NCBI GenBank assembly: GCA_963843845.1
Contig: CAWJMB010000002.1
Coordinates: 2,720,001-2,784,000, forward strand
Length of the DNA stretch: 64,000 nt
Direction of reading: 5' to 3'
From: an uncultured Gemmatimonadaceae bacterium
GTDB taxonomy: Bacteria; Gemmatimonadota; Gemmatimonadetes; Gemmatimonadales; Gemmatimonadaceae
A model generated the notes under the pieces. That model had not been told where the DNA came from, searched no databases, and saw only the letters and a list, made by a program, of their open reading frames with translations. This document shows, piece by piece, positions 20,334 through 29,897 of the stretch. Every line of letters starts with the position of its first letter. Position 1 is the first letter of the stretch. Made by a program: the position numbers and the translations under genes.

Positions 20334-21828
20334 GCGCGATCCAGTCGATCAGCCGCCGCACGCGCGCCGTGTACGGGGGCCACACGAGGCCGAGCGTCGT
20401 CCACCGCGACTGCATCATGATCCCCTTCTTCTTCGAGAAGCGCTCGAAGCCGTCGAAGCCGTGATAGTGCCCCATCCCGCTCGCCCCGACGCCGCCGAAC
20501 GGCAGGTTGTCCTGCGCGATGTGGTAGAGGACGTCGTTCACGGTCACGCCCCCCGACGTGGTCCGGTGGAGCACGTGCCCGACGCGCGTCCGGTCGTCGT
20601 CGAAGTAGTAGAGTGCGAGCGGGCGCGGGCGCGCGTTCACGAACGCGATCGCGTCGTCGAGCGTGTCGTACGGCACGAGCGGCAACACCGGCCCGAAGAT
20701 CTCTTCCTGCATCACGGCCGCGTCGGCCGGCGGATCGAGCACGAGCGTCGGCGGGAAGACGTGATTCTCCGCCGTGAACGACTCGCGCGCCGGGTCGATC
20801 GTTCGCACCTCGGCGCCACGCCCGCGCGCGTCCTCCACGAGCGCGTCGAGCCGACGCCAGTGCGCGTCGTTCACGATGCGCGTGTAATCGCTCGCTCCCG
20901 TGAGCCTGGGATACCGCGACTCGGCGGAGCGCGCGGCGAGCGACGCGAACTCGCCGAGGCGGGCGCGCGGCACGAGCACGTAATCGGGCGCGATGCAGGT
21001 CTGCCCGCCGTTGTAGAGCTTTCCCATCACGATGCGCTCGACTGCCGTGGCGAGCGGCGCGCTCTCGTGGACGATCGCCGGCGACTTGCCGCCCAGCTCG
21101 AGCGTGACCGGCGTGAGATGCTCGCTCGCCGCGCGCATGACGAGGCGTCCCACGCGCGTCGAGCCGGTGAACACGAGATGATCGAGCGGCAGCGCCGAGA
21201 GCGCGGCGGCGACGTCGGCGCCCCCGGTCACGGTCGTGACGTACTCGGCGGGAAACCGCTCGGCGAGCGCGCGCGCGATCAGCTCGGCCGTCCGCGGCGC
21301 GAGCTCGCTGGGCTTGACGATCGCGTGATTGCCGGCGGCGACCGCGCCGATGAGCGGCGACAGCGTGAGGAGGATCGGGTAGTTCCACGCCCCGATGATG
21401 CCGACGACGCCCAACGGCTGATAGCGCACGTGCGCCGTCGCCGGCAGCAGAAAGATCGAGGGCATCACCCGCCGCGGCCGCATCCACTGCCGGAGCTTCC
21501 GCCGCGCGTGGCGGATCTCCTCGCGCAGCGGCGTCAGCTCCAACAGCAAGGTCTCCTCGCGCGCCCGCCCGCCGAAATCCGCCGAGACGGCGTCGATGAA
21601 GGCGTCGCGATGCGTGCGGACGAGATCGTCGAGTGCCCGCAGCGACTCCAGCCGACGCGCGTAGCCCGGCGGTCCGGCCGCGAAGGCCGCACGTTGCGCG
21701 TCGAGGATCGACGCGAGCGCCCCGTCGAGCGCGGGAGACGCGTGCGCGAGCGCGTCCGCGATCGCGTTCGCGTTCGCCGGTGGACTCGTTCGTGATGTTC
21801 GGTGTATATTCGGAGACGACGTATGCAC
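20329..21828 (-). CDS. Aldehyde dehydrogenase (coniferyl aldehyde dehydrogenase-like)
   Basis: QPLGVVGIIGAWNYP, FTGSTRVG, LELGGKSP, NGGQTCIAPDY, EEIFGP, PFGGVGASGMGHYHG; start uncertain. Confidence 0.92.
   Translation of the reverse strand: MHTSSPNIHRTSRTSPPANANAIADALAHASPALDGALASILDAQRAAFAAGPPGYARRLESLRALDDLVRTHRDAFIDAVSADFGGRAREETLLLELTPLREEIRHARRKLRQWMRPRRVMPSIFLLPATAHVRYQPLGVVGIIGAWNYPILLTLSPLIGAVAAGNHAIVKPSELAPRTAELIARALAERFPAEYVTTVTGGADVAAALSALPLDHLVFTGSTRVGRLVMRAASEHLTPVTLELGGKSPAIVHESAPLATAVERIVMGKLYNGGQTCIAPDYVLVPRARLGEFASLAARSAESRYPRLTGASDYTRIVNDAHWRRLDALVEDARGRGAEVRTIDPARESFTAENHVFPPTLVLDPPADAAVMQEEIFGPVLPLVPYDTLDDAIAFVNARPRPLALYYFDDDRTRVGHVLHRTTSGGVTVNDVLYHIAQDNLPFGGVGASGMGHYHGFDGFERFSKKKGIMMQSRWTTLGLVWPPYTARVRRLIDWIAR
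21797..21813 (+). promoter_or_regulatory. Candidate DNA-damage operator GTTCGG-TGTAT-ATTCGG overlapping a -10-like TATATT
   Basis: 28 bp upstream of the radical SAM ATG; matches the dinB upstream site. Confidence 0.55.
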
Positions 21829-21841
21829 CGGGGAGGGGCGG

Positions 21842-23136
21842 ATGGGGCTGGAGCTGCGGGACAAGCTGGCGATTCTGAGCGACGCCGCAAAGTACGACGC
21901 GAGTTGCGCGAGCAGCGGGTCGAAGGGACGGCGCGCGAAGAACGGCGGCATCGGATCGACCGAAGGCATGGGCATCTGCCACAGCTATACGCCCGGACGG
22001 GCGCTGCGTGTCGCTGCTCAAGATCCTCCTGACGAACTGGTGCATCTACGACTGCGCGTACTGCATCAACCGCCGGTCGAGCGGCGTGCGGCGCGCCCGC
22101 TTCACGCCCGACGAAGTCGTCTGGCTCACGCTCGAGTTCTACCGCCGGAACTACATCGAGGGGCTGTTCCTCAGCTCGGGCATCATCCGCACGCCGGACT
22201 ACACGATGGAGCAGCTCGTGCGCGTCGCGCGCACGCTGCGCGTCGACCACGACTTCGCCGGCTACATCCACCTCAAGGTCATCCCGAACGCGTCGCCCGA
22301 GCTGGTGGCCGAGGCGGGGCGGTGGGCCGATCGCGTCAGCGTGAACGTCGAGCTGCCGCGGCAGGAGGATCTCGACCGGCTCGCGCCGGACAAGGAGCTC
22401 GTGCAGATCCGGCGCGCGATGGAGCGGGCTGCGCGACCGCATCGCCGAGGCGAAGGCCGACGAGCAGGCGGCGAGCAAGATCTCGTCGCTGCCGACCACG
22501 TCGGCCGAGCCGCCGCGCTTCGCGCCTGCCGGCCAGAGCACGCAGCTCGTCGTCGGCGCGACCGAGGCGACCGACGCGACGATCCTCGAGCTCTCGTCGA
22601 CGCTCTACGCGACGCAGCGACTGCGCCGAGTCTACTACTCCGCGTTCTCGCCGATTCCGGACGCGTCGACGACGCTGCCGGTCATCGCGCCGCCGCTCGT
22701 CCGCGAGCACCGCCTCTATCAGGCCGACTGGCTGCTCCGCTTCTACGGCTTCGAGGTCGGCGAGCTGACGACGGCGCAGGCGCCGAACCTCGAGCTCGCG
22801 ATCGACCCGAAGCTCGCGTGGGCGCTGCGCAACTGCGCGCTCTTCCCGCTCGACGTCAATCGCGCGTCGCGCGACGAGCTGTTGCGCGTGCCCGGGCTCG
22901 GCGTGCGGAGCGTCGACCGCATCATCGCGGCGCGGCGGTGGCGGCGCGTGCGCGTCGCCGACCTCGCGCGACTGCGGGTCCCGTTGGGCCGCACCCTGCC
23001 GTTCATCGAGACGATCGACCACGTGCCGCGCGGCGTCGCGACGCCCGACTCGGCCGTGCTCCGACGCGTGATCGTCCCGGACCGACAGCTCGATCTGTTC
23101 GGCGTCGCGGCGAGCGCGCGCACCGGCGAGCTGTAG
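21842..23136 (+). CDS. Putative DNA modification/repair radical SAM protein (TIGR03916 type), two frameshifts (~22000, ~22425)
   Basis: KLAILSDAAKYDASCASSG, GICHSYTP, CIYDCAYC (CxxxCxxC), FAPAGQSTQ, RRVYYSAFSPIP, REHRLYQADWLLRFYGF, HhH LLRVPGLG. Confidence 0.92.
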
Positions 23137-23143
23137 CCCCGCG

Positions 23144-25141
23144 GTGCGCTCGGCGGAGTTCGCGGGCGGCTTCGCCGGCTGGCGCAGCGCCGCGCGCGCG
23201 CTGTTGATCGCGGAGTGCGAGCCCGCGTGCGTGGTGTGGCGACCGGTCGAGAGCGGTCAGTGGTCGCTCCTGCCGCTCGCACACGTCGGCGACGCCGAGC
23301 CGAACGGTCTCGCGGGGCCGCGCGACCCGGCGAGCGTTGCAGCTGCTGCGCCGACGGGTCCGCCGCGCGTGCCTCGCGACTTCCTGACGCTCGCGGCGGC
23401 CGTCGCCTGCCATCGCGACGGGTCGCGGTGGGACACGTTGTACCGCGTGCTCTGGCGCCTCACCCACGGCGAGCCCGCGCTGCTCGACGTGCTCACGGAT
23501 CCGGACGTGCACCGACTCGAGGCGATGCGCCGTGCCGTGAAGCGCGCCGTGCACAAGATGCACGCGTTCGTGCGCTTCCGGTCGGTCCACACCGAGCGGG
23601 GCCCCGAGTACGTCGCGTGGTTCGAGCCGGCGCACGACGTCGTCGAGCGGGCGACGCCGTTCTTCGCGCGGCGCTTCGCGGCGATGCGCTGGACGATTCT
23701 CACGCCCGAGCGCTGCGCGCAGTGGGACGGCGACGCGCTTCGCTTCTCGGCCGGTGTCACGCGCGACGCGGCGCCGGCGAGCGACTCGCTCGAAGAGCTG
23801 TGGCGCACGTACTACACGCACATCTTCAACCCTGCGCGTCTCGCCCTCGGCACGATGCGGGCGGAGATGCCGAAGCAGTACTGGGCGAACCTGCCGGAGG
23901 CGCGTCTCATCGGGCCGCTCGCGCGCGACGCCGCATCGCGCGTGCGCGCGATGCTCGCGCAGATCGAAGCGCCGGCGGAGTCGATTCCCGACGAGATGCG
24001 AGCGCGGGCGGGCGCGGAGCGCGAGCGACGCTTCGAGGCGCGGCGCGACGCACCGCTCGGCAGGCCGGCCGTTCGCCGCACGGCGGACCCGGCGTATCTC
24101 GCCCTGCCGAACGCGTGGGATCCGGTCCACGACCCGGGGACCGTCACCGCGCACGCGCGAGACGCCGCCGTTCCGCACGACGCACCAGCGGGGCTGGTGC
24201 TCGACGGCGTCCACGTGGCGCACGGCGTGGCGGGATGGACGGATCCGTCGCTGCTCGCGCCCGGCGTGTTCTACCCGCCCGACGCGACGACGCCGGAAGC
24301 GCGGCTCCGCTACTACGCGTCGCGCTACCCGATGGTCGAGGTCGATGCGACGTACTACGCGCTGCCCGCGCGCTCGACGGCCGCGGCGTGGGCGGACCGG
24401 ACGCCGCCGCACTTCACCTTCGACGTGAAGGCGTTCGCGCTCACGACGACGCACGCGACCGAGCTGCGCCGGCTTCCCGACTGGCTGCGCCGCGCGCTGC
24501 CGTCGCGGCTCGCCGACTCGGCGCTCGTGTCCGGCCTCGACCTGCCGGACGAGCTGCGGGCCGAGCTGTGGCGGCGCTTCCTCTCGGCGCTCGAGCCGCT
24601 CCGGTCGGTGAACAAGCTCGGCGCGATCTACCTCCAGTTTCCGCGCTGGTTCCAGCCGTCGCCGTCGGCGGCACGCTATCTCCGCTGGACGCGCGAGCAG
24701 CTCGGCGACGCGGTCGGCGCGGTCGAGTTCCGCAACCCGGCGTGGATGGCCGAGCGCGTCGGGCCCCGCACCCTCGGCCTGTTGCGCGACCTCGAGCTGG
24801 CGTACACGATCGTCGACGCGCCGCCGGGCACGCGCAGCTCCATGCCGCCGACGGTCGCCGTGACGTCGCCGACGCTCATCGTGCTGCGACTGCACGGGCG
24901 TCGCACCGCGACGTGGGAGGCGCGCAACGACCCGGTCTCCGAACGATATCGCTACCTCTACGACCGCGACGAGCTGTCGTTCTGGGCCCCGCGCATCCGC
25001 GACGCGATCGCGAGCGCCCGCGCGGCGAGCGCGCTTCCGCGCGTGCGGCTGTCGTTCAACAACAACCACGCGAACTACGGCGCGGTGAACGCACGCGAGC
25101 TCGCGTCGATGCTCGTGGACGAGGGGGCCGCGATCGTCTGA
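23144..25141 (+). CDS. TIGR03915/DUF4130 domain fused to DUF72 domain
   Basis: N-half: HKMHAFVRFR, YVAWFEPAH, IFNPARL, EMPKQYWANLPEA. C-half: GVAGWTD, VEVDATYY, FTFDVKA, LGAIYLQFP, VEFRNPAW, LRLHGR, RYRYLY, FNN. Confidence 0.9.
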   Translation: MRSAEFAGGFAGWRSAARALLIAECEPACVVWRPVESGQWSLLPLAHVGDAEPNGLAGPRDPASVAAAAPTGPPRVPRDFLTLAAAVACHRDGSRWDTLYRVLWRLTHGEPALLDVLTDPDVHRLEAMRRAVKRAVHKMHAFVRFRSVHTERGPEYVAWFEPAHDVVERATPFFARRFAAMRWTILTPERCAQWDGDALRFSAGVTRDAAPASDSLEELWRTYYTHIFNPARLALGTMRAEMPKQYWANLPEARLIGPLARDAASRVRAMLAQIEAPAESIPDEMRARAGAERERRFEARRDAPLGRPAVRRTADPAYLALPNAWDPVHDPGTVTAHARDAAVPHDAPAGLVLDGVHVAHGVAGWTDPSLLAPGVFYPPDATTPEARLRYYASRYPMVEVDATYYALPARSTAAAWADRTPPHFTFDVKAFALTTTHATELRRLPDWLRRALPSRLADSALVSGLDLPDELRAELWRRFLSALEPLRSVNKLGAIYLQFPRWFQPSPSAARYLRWTREQLGDAVGAVEFRNPAWMAERVGPRTLGLLRDLELAYTIVDAPPGTRSSMPPTVAVTSPTLIVLRLHGRRTATWEARNDPVSERYRYLYDRDELSFWAPRIRDAIASARAASALPRVRLSFNNNHANYGAVNARELASMLVDEGAAIV

Positions 25142-25200
25142 GACGGTTCCGCGAGAGCCGCCGAACTATCCACGCTCCGACCCGGCGTATCTTCCGACGC

Positions 25201-28143
25201 ATGCCACGCCGACCCGTCACAGCCGCCGAGCCCGCGCCGCGCCCCGAAGACCTCCCGCTGCACGACGACGTCCGCCGCCTCGCCGCGACGTTAGGCCGCG
25301 TCATCCGACGTCTCGAAGGGGACGCGGCGTTCGAGACCGTCGAGGCGCTGCGCCGCGCCTGCCGCGCGCGCCGGCGCGGCGCCGCGAATGCGACCGACCT
25401 GGACGCGCTGCTCGCGCAGGTCGACGCGCTGCCGGTCGAGCTGTGCGCGATCACGGCACGCGCGTTCACGCTGTTCTTCCTGCTCATCAACACCGCGGAG
25501 CAGGTGCACCGCGTGCGGCGTCGCGAGAGCTATCGGTCGCAGACGACCGACGCGCTGCAGCCTGCGTCGGCGCGGTGGACGATGCGCGAGCTGCGCGAGC
25601 GCGGCTGCACCGCACACGACGTCGCCGACTCGATCGCCGCGCTCGAGGTGCGCCCGGTGCTCACCGCGCACCCGACCGAGTCGACGCGCCGCACGCTGCT
25701 GGGGCTGCAGGCGCGCGTCGCCGACCTGTTGCTCCGCCGCGAGCGCGCCCCGTCGAGCGAGCTGGCGTCTCTCGACGACGCGCTCGACGGTGAGGTCGAA
25801 CTGCTCTGGCTGACGGCGGAGGTGCGGCGCGAGCGACCGTCGGTGCTCGACGAAGTCGGCACGGTGCTCTGGTATCTCGAGACCCGCCTGCTCGACGCCG
25901 GCGCGCGCACGCAGGACGCGCTCGTCCGTGCCTTCGAGAGCGAGTTCGTCGCGTCGCGCGAGGATGTCGACCGCGTCCGGCAGAGCGTGCCGCTGCGCTT
26001 CGGCAACTGGGTCGGCGGCGACCGCGACGGCAACCCGTTCGTGACGCCCGAGGTGACGATCGCCGCCGCGCGCCGCGCGAGCCACGTGATCCTCGGGCGC
26101 TACGGCGAGGCGGTCGATCGGCTCGTCGAGCGGCTCTCGGTGGCAGCGCACATCGCGCAGCACCTCGCGTCGCACGTCGCGTCGCACGGCACCGGTGCGC
26201 ACGAGACCACGTCCGCGGCGCTGCGCGCGTCGCTCGACTCGGACCGTGCGGCACTGCCGGATGTCTGGGCCGCGAACGAGCGCCGGAACGCCGACGAGCC
26301 GCTGCGCCTCAAGCTCACGCTCGTCGCCGCGCGACTCGACGCCACGCGCCGCCGCGTGGCGTCGCGCGACGCCGGCGCGCCGATCGCCGCGCCCGCCGCG
26401 TACGACGACGCCGCGGCATTCGAGCGTGATCTGCTGCTCGTGCGCGACTACCTGCTCGCGATCGGCGCGATCGAGGCGTGCCGCACGACGCTCGACCCGC
26501 TGCTCACCCAGCTCCGCGCCTGCGGCTTCTACGGCTTCCGCCTCGACGTGCGCGACCACGCCGACGCGCACGCGGCGGCCGTCGCGGAGCTCGCGGCGCA
26601 GGCGGGGATCGACGTGCCTGCTCCTGTACCGAGCGACCCGTCCGACCGCACGGCCGGCGCGTCGGCCTGGCTGCGGCGCGAGGCGCTCGGCCGTCGCCCG
26701 CTGAGCGGCGTGCACATGCCCGTCAGCGACGCGACGCGCCGCGTGCTCGACACGTTCGCCGCGGTCCGCACGATCCAGCACGAGAGCGGCGAGCCCGCCG
26801 CGTCGACGTACATCACGTCGATGACGACGTCACCCGACGACCTGCTTCGCGTGCTGCTCCTCGCGCGCGACGCCGGCCTCGTCGACCTCGCCGCGGACCC
26901 GCCGACGTCACGGCTCGACGTCGTGCCGCTGTTCGAGACGCTCGACGACCTCCGCCACGCGCCGGACGTGCTGCGCGCGCTGTTCGCCGACGACGCCTAC
27001 GCCCGACAGCTCGCGGCGCGCGGGCGCCGGCAGGAGGTCATGATCGGCTACTCCGACTCGGGAAAGGACGCGGGCATGCTCGCGTCGTCGTGGGCGCTGT
27101 ACGAGGGGCAGGAGGCGCTCGCCGCGGTGTGCCGCGAGCACGGCGTGACGCTCCGACTCTTTCACGGCCGCGGCGGAAGCGTCGGGCGCGGCGGCGGCTC
27201 GCCGGTCTACCGCGCGCTCGCCGCCCTGCCGCCCGACGGCGGCGGCGGCCGGGTCAAGATCACGGAGCAGGGCGAGATCATCTCCCAGCAGTTCGGCCTC
27301 CCGCCGATCGCCGAGCGCACGCTCGAGGTCACCCTGAGCGGCACGCTGCTGCACGGGTTCACGGACTGGCGCGACGGCGTCGCCGAGGAGGACGTCGCGC
27401 GCTTCCGCGACACGATGGCGGCGCTCGCCACGCGCTCGCTCGACGTGTACCGCGCGCTCGTGCACGAGGGCGACGCGCTGTTCGCGTTCTTTCTCGCCGC
27501 GACACCGGTCGCCGAGCTGGCGGCGGCGCGCTTCGGCTCGCGTCCGGCGTACCGCCCTGGCGCCGGGTCCGGCGTCGGAGGCATCCGTGCCATTCCCTGG
27601 CAGTTCGGATGGACGCAGATCCGCCTCATGCTCCCCGGCTGGCTCGGCGTCGGCACCGCGCTGAGCGAGTTCATCGACGCCCCGAACGGTCTCGAGACGC
27701 TGCGACGGATGGCGCGCACGTGGCCGTTCTTCGACGACCTGCTCGCGAAGATCGAGATGGTGTGCGAGAAAGCCGACCTCGCGATCGCGCGCCTCTACGC
27801 CGAGCAGCTCGCCGCCGCGGCACCGAGCGGCTCGGGCGACGCGGGCGACGCGGGCGACGCGGGCGACGCGCTCGCGCTGTTCGATGCGCTCGCCGCGGAG
27901 TACGATCGCACCGTTGGCGCGCTGCTGCGCATCCGCGACTCGGACCACCTCATCGCGGACTCGGCCGTGCTGCGTGCGGCGATCACGCTCCGCAACCCGT
28001 ACGTCGACGCGCTCTCGCTGCTGCAGGTGTCGTTGCTCAAGCGCAAGCGTGCGGCGTCGAACGACGCGGAGCGTGCAGCGATCGAGCCGGCGGTCGCGGC
28101 GACGCTCAGCGGCATCGCGCAGGGACTACGCAACACCGGCTGA
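25201..28143 (+). CDS. ppc: Phosphoenolpyruvate carboxylase
   Basis: VLTAHPTE, WVGGDRDGNPFVT, QEVMIGYSDSGKDAG, FHGRGGSVGRGG, IRAIPW, C-terminal RNTG. Confidence 0.96.
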   Translation: MPRRPVTAAEPAPRPEDLPLHDDVRRLAATLGRVIRRLEGDAAFETVEALRRACRARRRGAANATDLDALLAQVDALPVELCAITARAFTLFFLLINTAEQVHRVRRRESYRSQTTDALQPASARWTMRELRERGCTAHDVADSIAALEVRPVLTAHPTESTRRTLLGLQARVADLLLRRERAPSSELASLDDALDGEVELLWLTAEVRRERPSVLDEVGTVLWYLETRLLDAGARTQDALVRAFESEFVASREDVDRVRQSVPLRFGNWVGGDRDGNPFVTPEVTIAAARRASHVILGRYGEAVDRLVERLSVAAHIAQHLASHVASHGTGAHETTSAALRASLDSDRAALPDVWAANERRNADEPLRLKLTLVAARLDATRRRVASRDAGAPIAAPAAYDDAAAFERDLLLVRDYLLAIGAIEACRTTLDPLLTQLRACGFYGFRLDVRDHADAHAAAVAELAAQAGIDVPAPVPSDPSDRTAGASAWLRREALGRRPLSGVHMPVSDATRRVLDTFAAVRTIQHESGEPAASTYITSMTTSPDDLLRVLLLARDAGLVDLAADPPTSRLDVVPLFETLDDLRHAPDVLRALFADDAYARQLAARGRRQEVMIGYSDSGKDAGMLASSWALYEGQEALAAVCREHGVTLRLFHGRGGSVGRGGGSPVYRALAALPPDGGGGRVKITEQGEIISQQFGLPPIAERTLEVTLSGTLLHGFTDWRDGVAEEDVARFRDTMAALATRSLDVYRALVHEGDALFAFFLAATPVAELAAARFGSRPAYRPGAGSGVGGIRAIPWQFGWTQIRLMLPGWLGVGTALSEFIDAPNGLETLRRMARTWPFFDDLLAKIEMVCEKADLAIARLYAEQLAAAAPSGSGDAGDAGDAGDALALFDALAAEYDRTVGALLRIRDSDHLIADSAVLRAAITLRNPYVDALSLLQVSLLKRKRAASNDAERAAIEPAVAATLSGIAQGLRNTG

Positions 28144-29867
28144 CGCGCGCGCCGCGCGTTCGAGCGCCGCGACCGGCGCCGCGACCGGCGCCGCGATCGG
28201 CGCCGCGACCGGCGCCGCGACCGGCACCTCGATCGGCACCTCGATCGGCGCGGCGATCGTCCGCTCCTTCGCCGGCACGAGGCTCATCGCGTACTCGGCG
28301 AGCGCGGTGATCGTGAGGCTCGGATTGACGCCCGGGTTGCCGGGCATGATCGAGCCGTCGACGACGAACAGGCCGGGGTACCCGTGCACCTCGAGGGTGG
28401 GCCCGACGACGCCGTCCTGCACGTCGACGCCGATCGGGCAGCCGCCGAGGATGTGCGCGGTCATCGGGATGCCGAACAGTCCTTCGTTCACCGAGCCCGA
28501 GGCGATGCCGTTCGTGCGCGCCGCGAACTCGCGCGCCACGCGGTGCCCGATCTCGATCGTCGTCGGGATGCTCCGCTCCTCGTCGGGCAGCGACACCAGG
28601 TCGCGCCGCCCGAACGTGAACGGGCTGCGCCCCAGCCGCAGCCGGATGCGGTTGTCCTCGGTCTGCATGACGAGCAGGATCGTCGTGCGCTTCGCCCACC
28701 CCGGAAGCACGTGCGTGCGCAGGAAGTCCACCGGGTGGCGGACGACCGCGGCCAGCGATCTCGCCACGCGGGCCGCGACCGTGTCAGCTGCAACGAGCGG
28801 CGCGCCGAGCAGGCGCATCGCCGACGAGCCGGCGGGATAGCGCACCGGCTCGACGGTCGTCACCGGGTCGGCGTGAAAGATCGACGTGATCGCGACGCCC
28901 GCCGAATAGTCGGTCGTTCGGTCGCGGCTCACGACGCCGAGCAGCGCCTCGCTGTTCGTGCGGACCATGTCGCCGAGCCGCGGCGACAGACCGCCGAGCG
29001 ACCGCGTGACGTCGCGGCAGCGCAGCAGCAGGCGGAGCGTGCCCAACGCACCGGCCGCGAAGACGACGTGGCGCGCCCGCACGACGCGCGCCTCACGAGA
29101 GAAGAGGCCGGTGCTGCGTCGGTACTCGACGTCGTAGCGAACGTCGTTCTCCCGCGGACCGCACGAAGGGCGCACGTCGCGCACCTCGCACTCCGCACGT
29201 ACCTCGGCGCCGGCGCGCTCGGCGAACCAGAGATAGTTCTTGACCAGCGTGTTCTTCGCGTTGTGGCGACAGCCGACCATGCAGCCGCCGCAGTGCACGC
29301 AGCCGCGGCGCGACGGCCCCTCGCCGCCGAAGTAGGGATCCGGGACCTCGACGCCCTCCTGCCCCGCCACGCCGAAGAACGCGCCGACCGGCGTCGCACG
29401 AAACGTCGCCGCGGCGCCCAACGTCGTCGCGATGTCGCGCAGCACGTCGTCCGCCGGCCCGAAGCGCGGGTTGTCCGCGACGCCGAGCATGCGGCGCGCG
29501 GTGGCGTAGTGCGGTGCCAGCGCACGCCCCCAGTCGACGAGGTATCTCCACGCCGGCGCCTCGAACGTCCGCGCCTCCGGTGCCATGAGCACGTTCGCGT
29601 AGCCGAGGCTTCCCCGCCGACGCCGGCGCCGTGCAGCACGACGACATTGCGGAACGGACTGATCTGGAGGATGCCGAAGCAGCGCAGCGCCGGCGCCCAC
29701 AGGTACCGACGCACGTTCCACGTGCTCCGCGCGAAGTCCTCGTCGCGGTAGCGCTTTCCCCGCTCGAGCACGAGCACACGGTACCCCTTCTCGGCGAGCC
29801 GCATCGCGGAGACGCTGCCGCCGAACCCGGAGCCGATGACGACGTAATCGAAGGTGTCCTCGCGCAT
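28126..29867 (-). CDS. GMC oxidoreductase (cholesterol oxidase-like), one frameshift ~29610
   Basis: DYVVIGSGFGGSVSAMRL, CVHCGGCMVGC, KNTLVKNYL, TAHILGGC, NPSLTITALAE. Confidence 0.9.
28165..28258. repeat. 12-bp tandem repeats (CGGCGCCGCGAC/T, CGGCACCTCGAT) about 7-8 units in the GMC C-terminal tail
   Basis: Encode APIEVPIEVPVAAPVAAPIAAPVAAPVAA. Confidence 0.8.
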
Positions 29868-29897
29868 GTCGCATGAAAGGTTGCCGCACGGTGCGGC

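Noticed and set aside
21842..23136. Programmed frameshifting in the radical SAM gene
   Set aside because: There are no clear slippery sites, and similar indels are scattered through unrelated genes, so sequencing error is more likely.
23215..25200. 660-aa N-terminal extension of PEP carboxylase
   Set aside because: It is an Arg/Ala-rich off-frame shadow of the DUF4130-DUF72 gene; ppc homology starts at ATG 25201.
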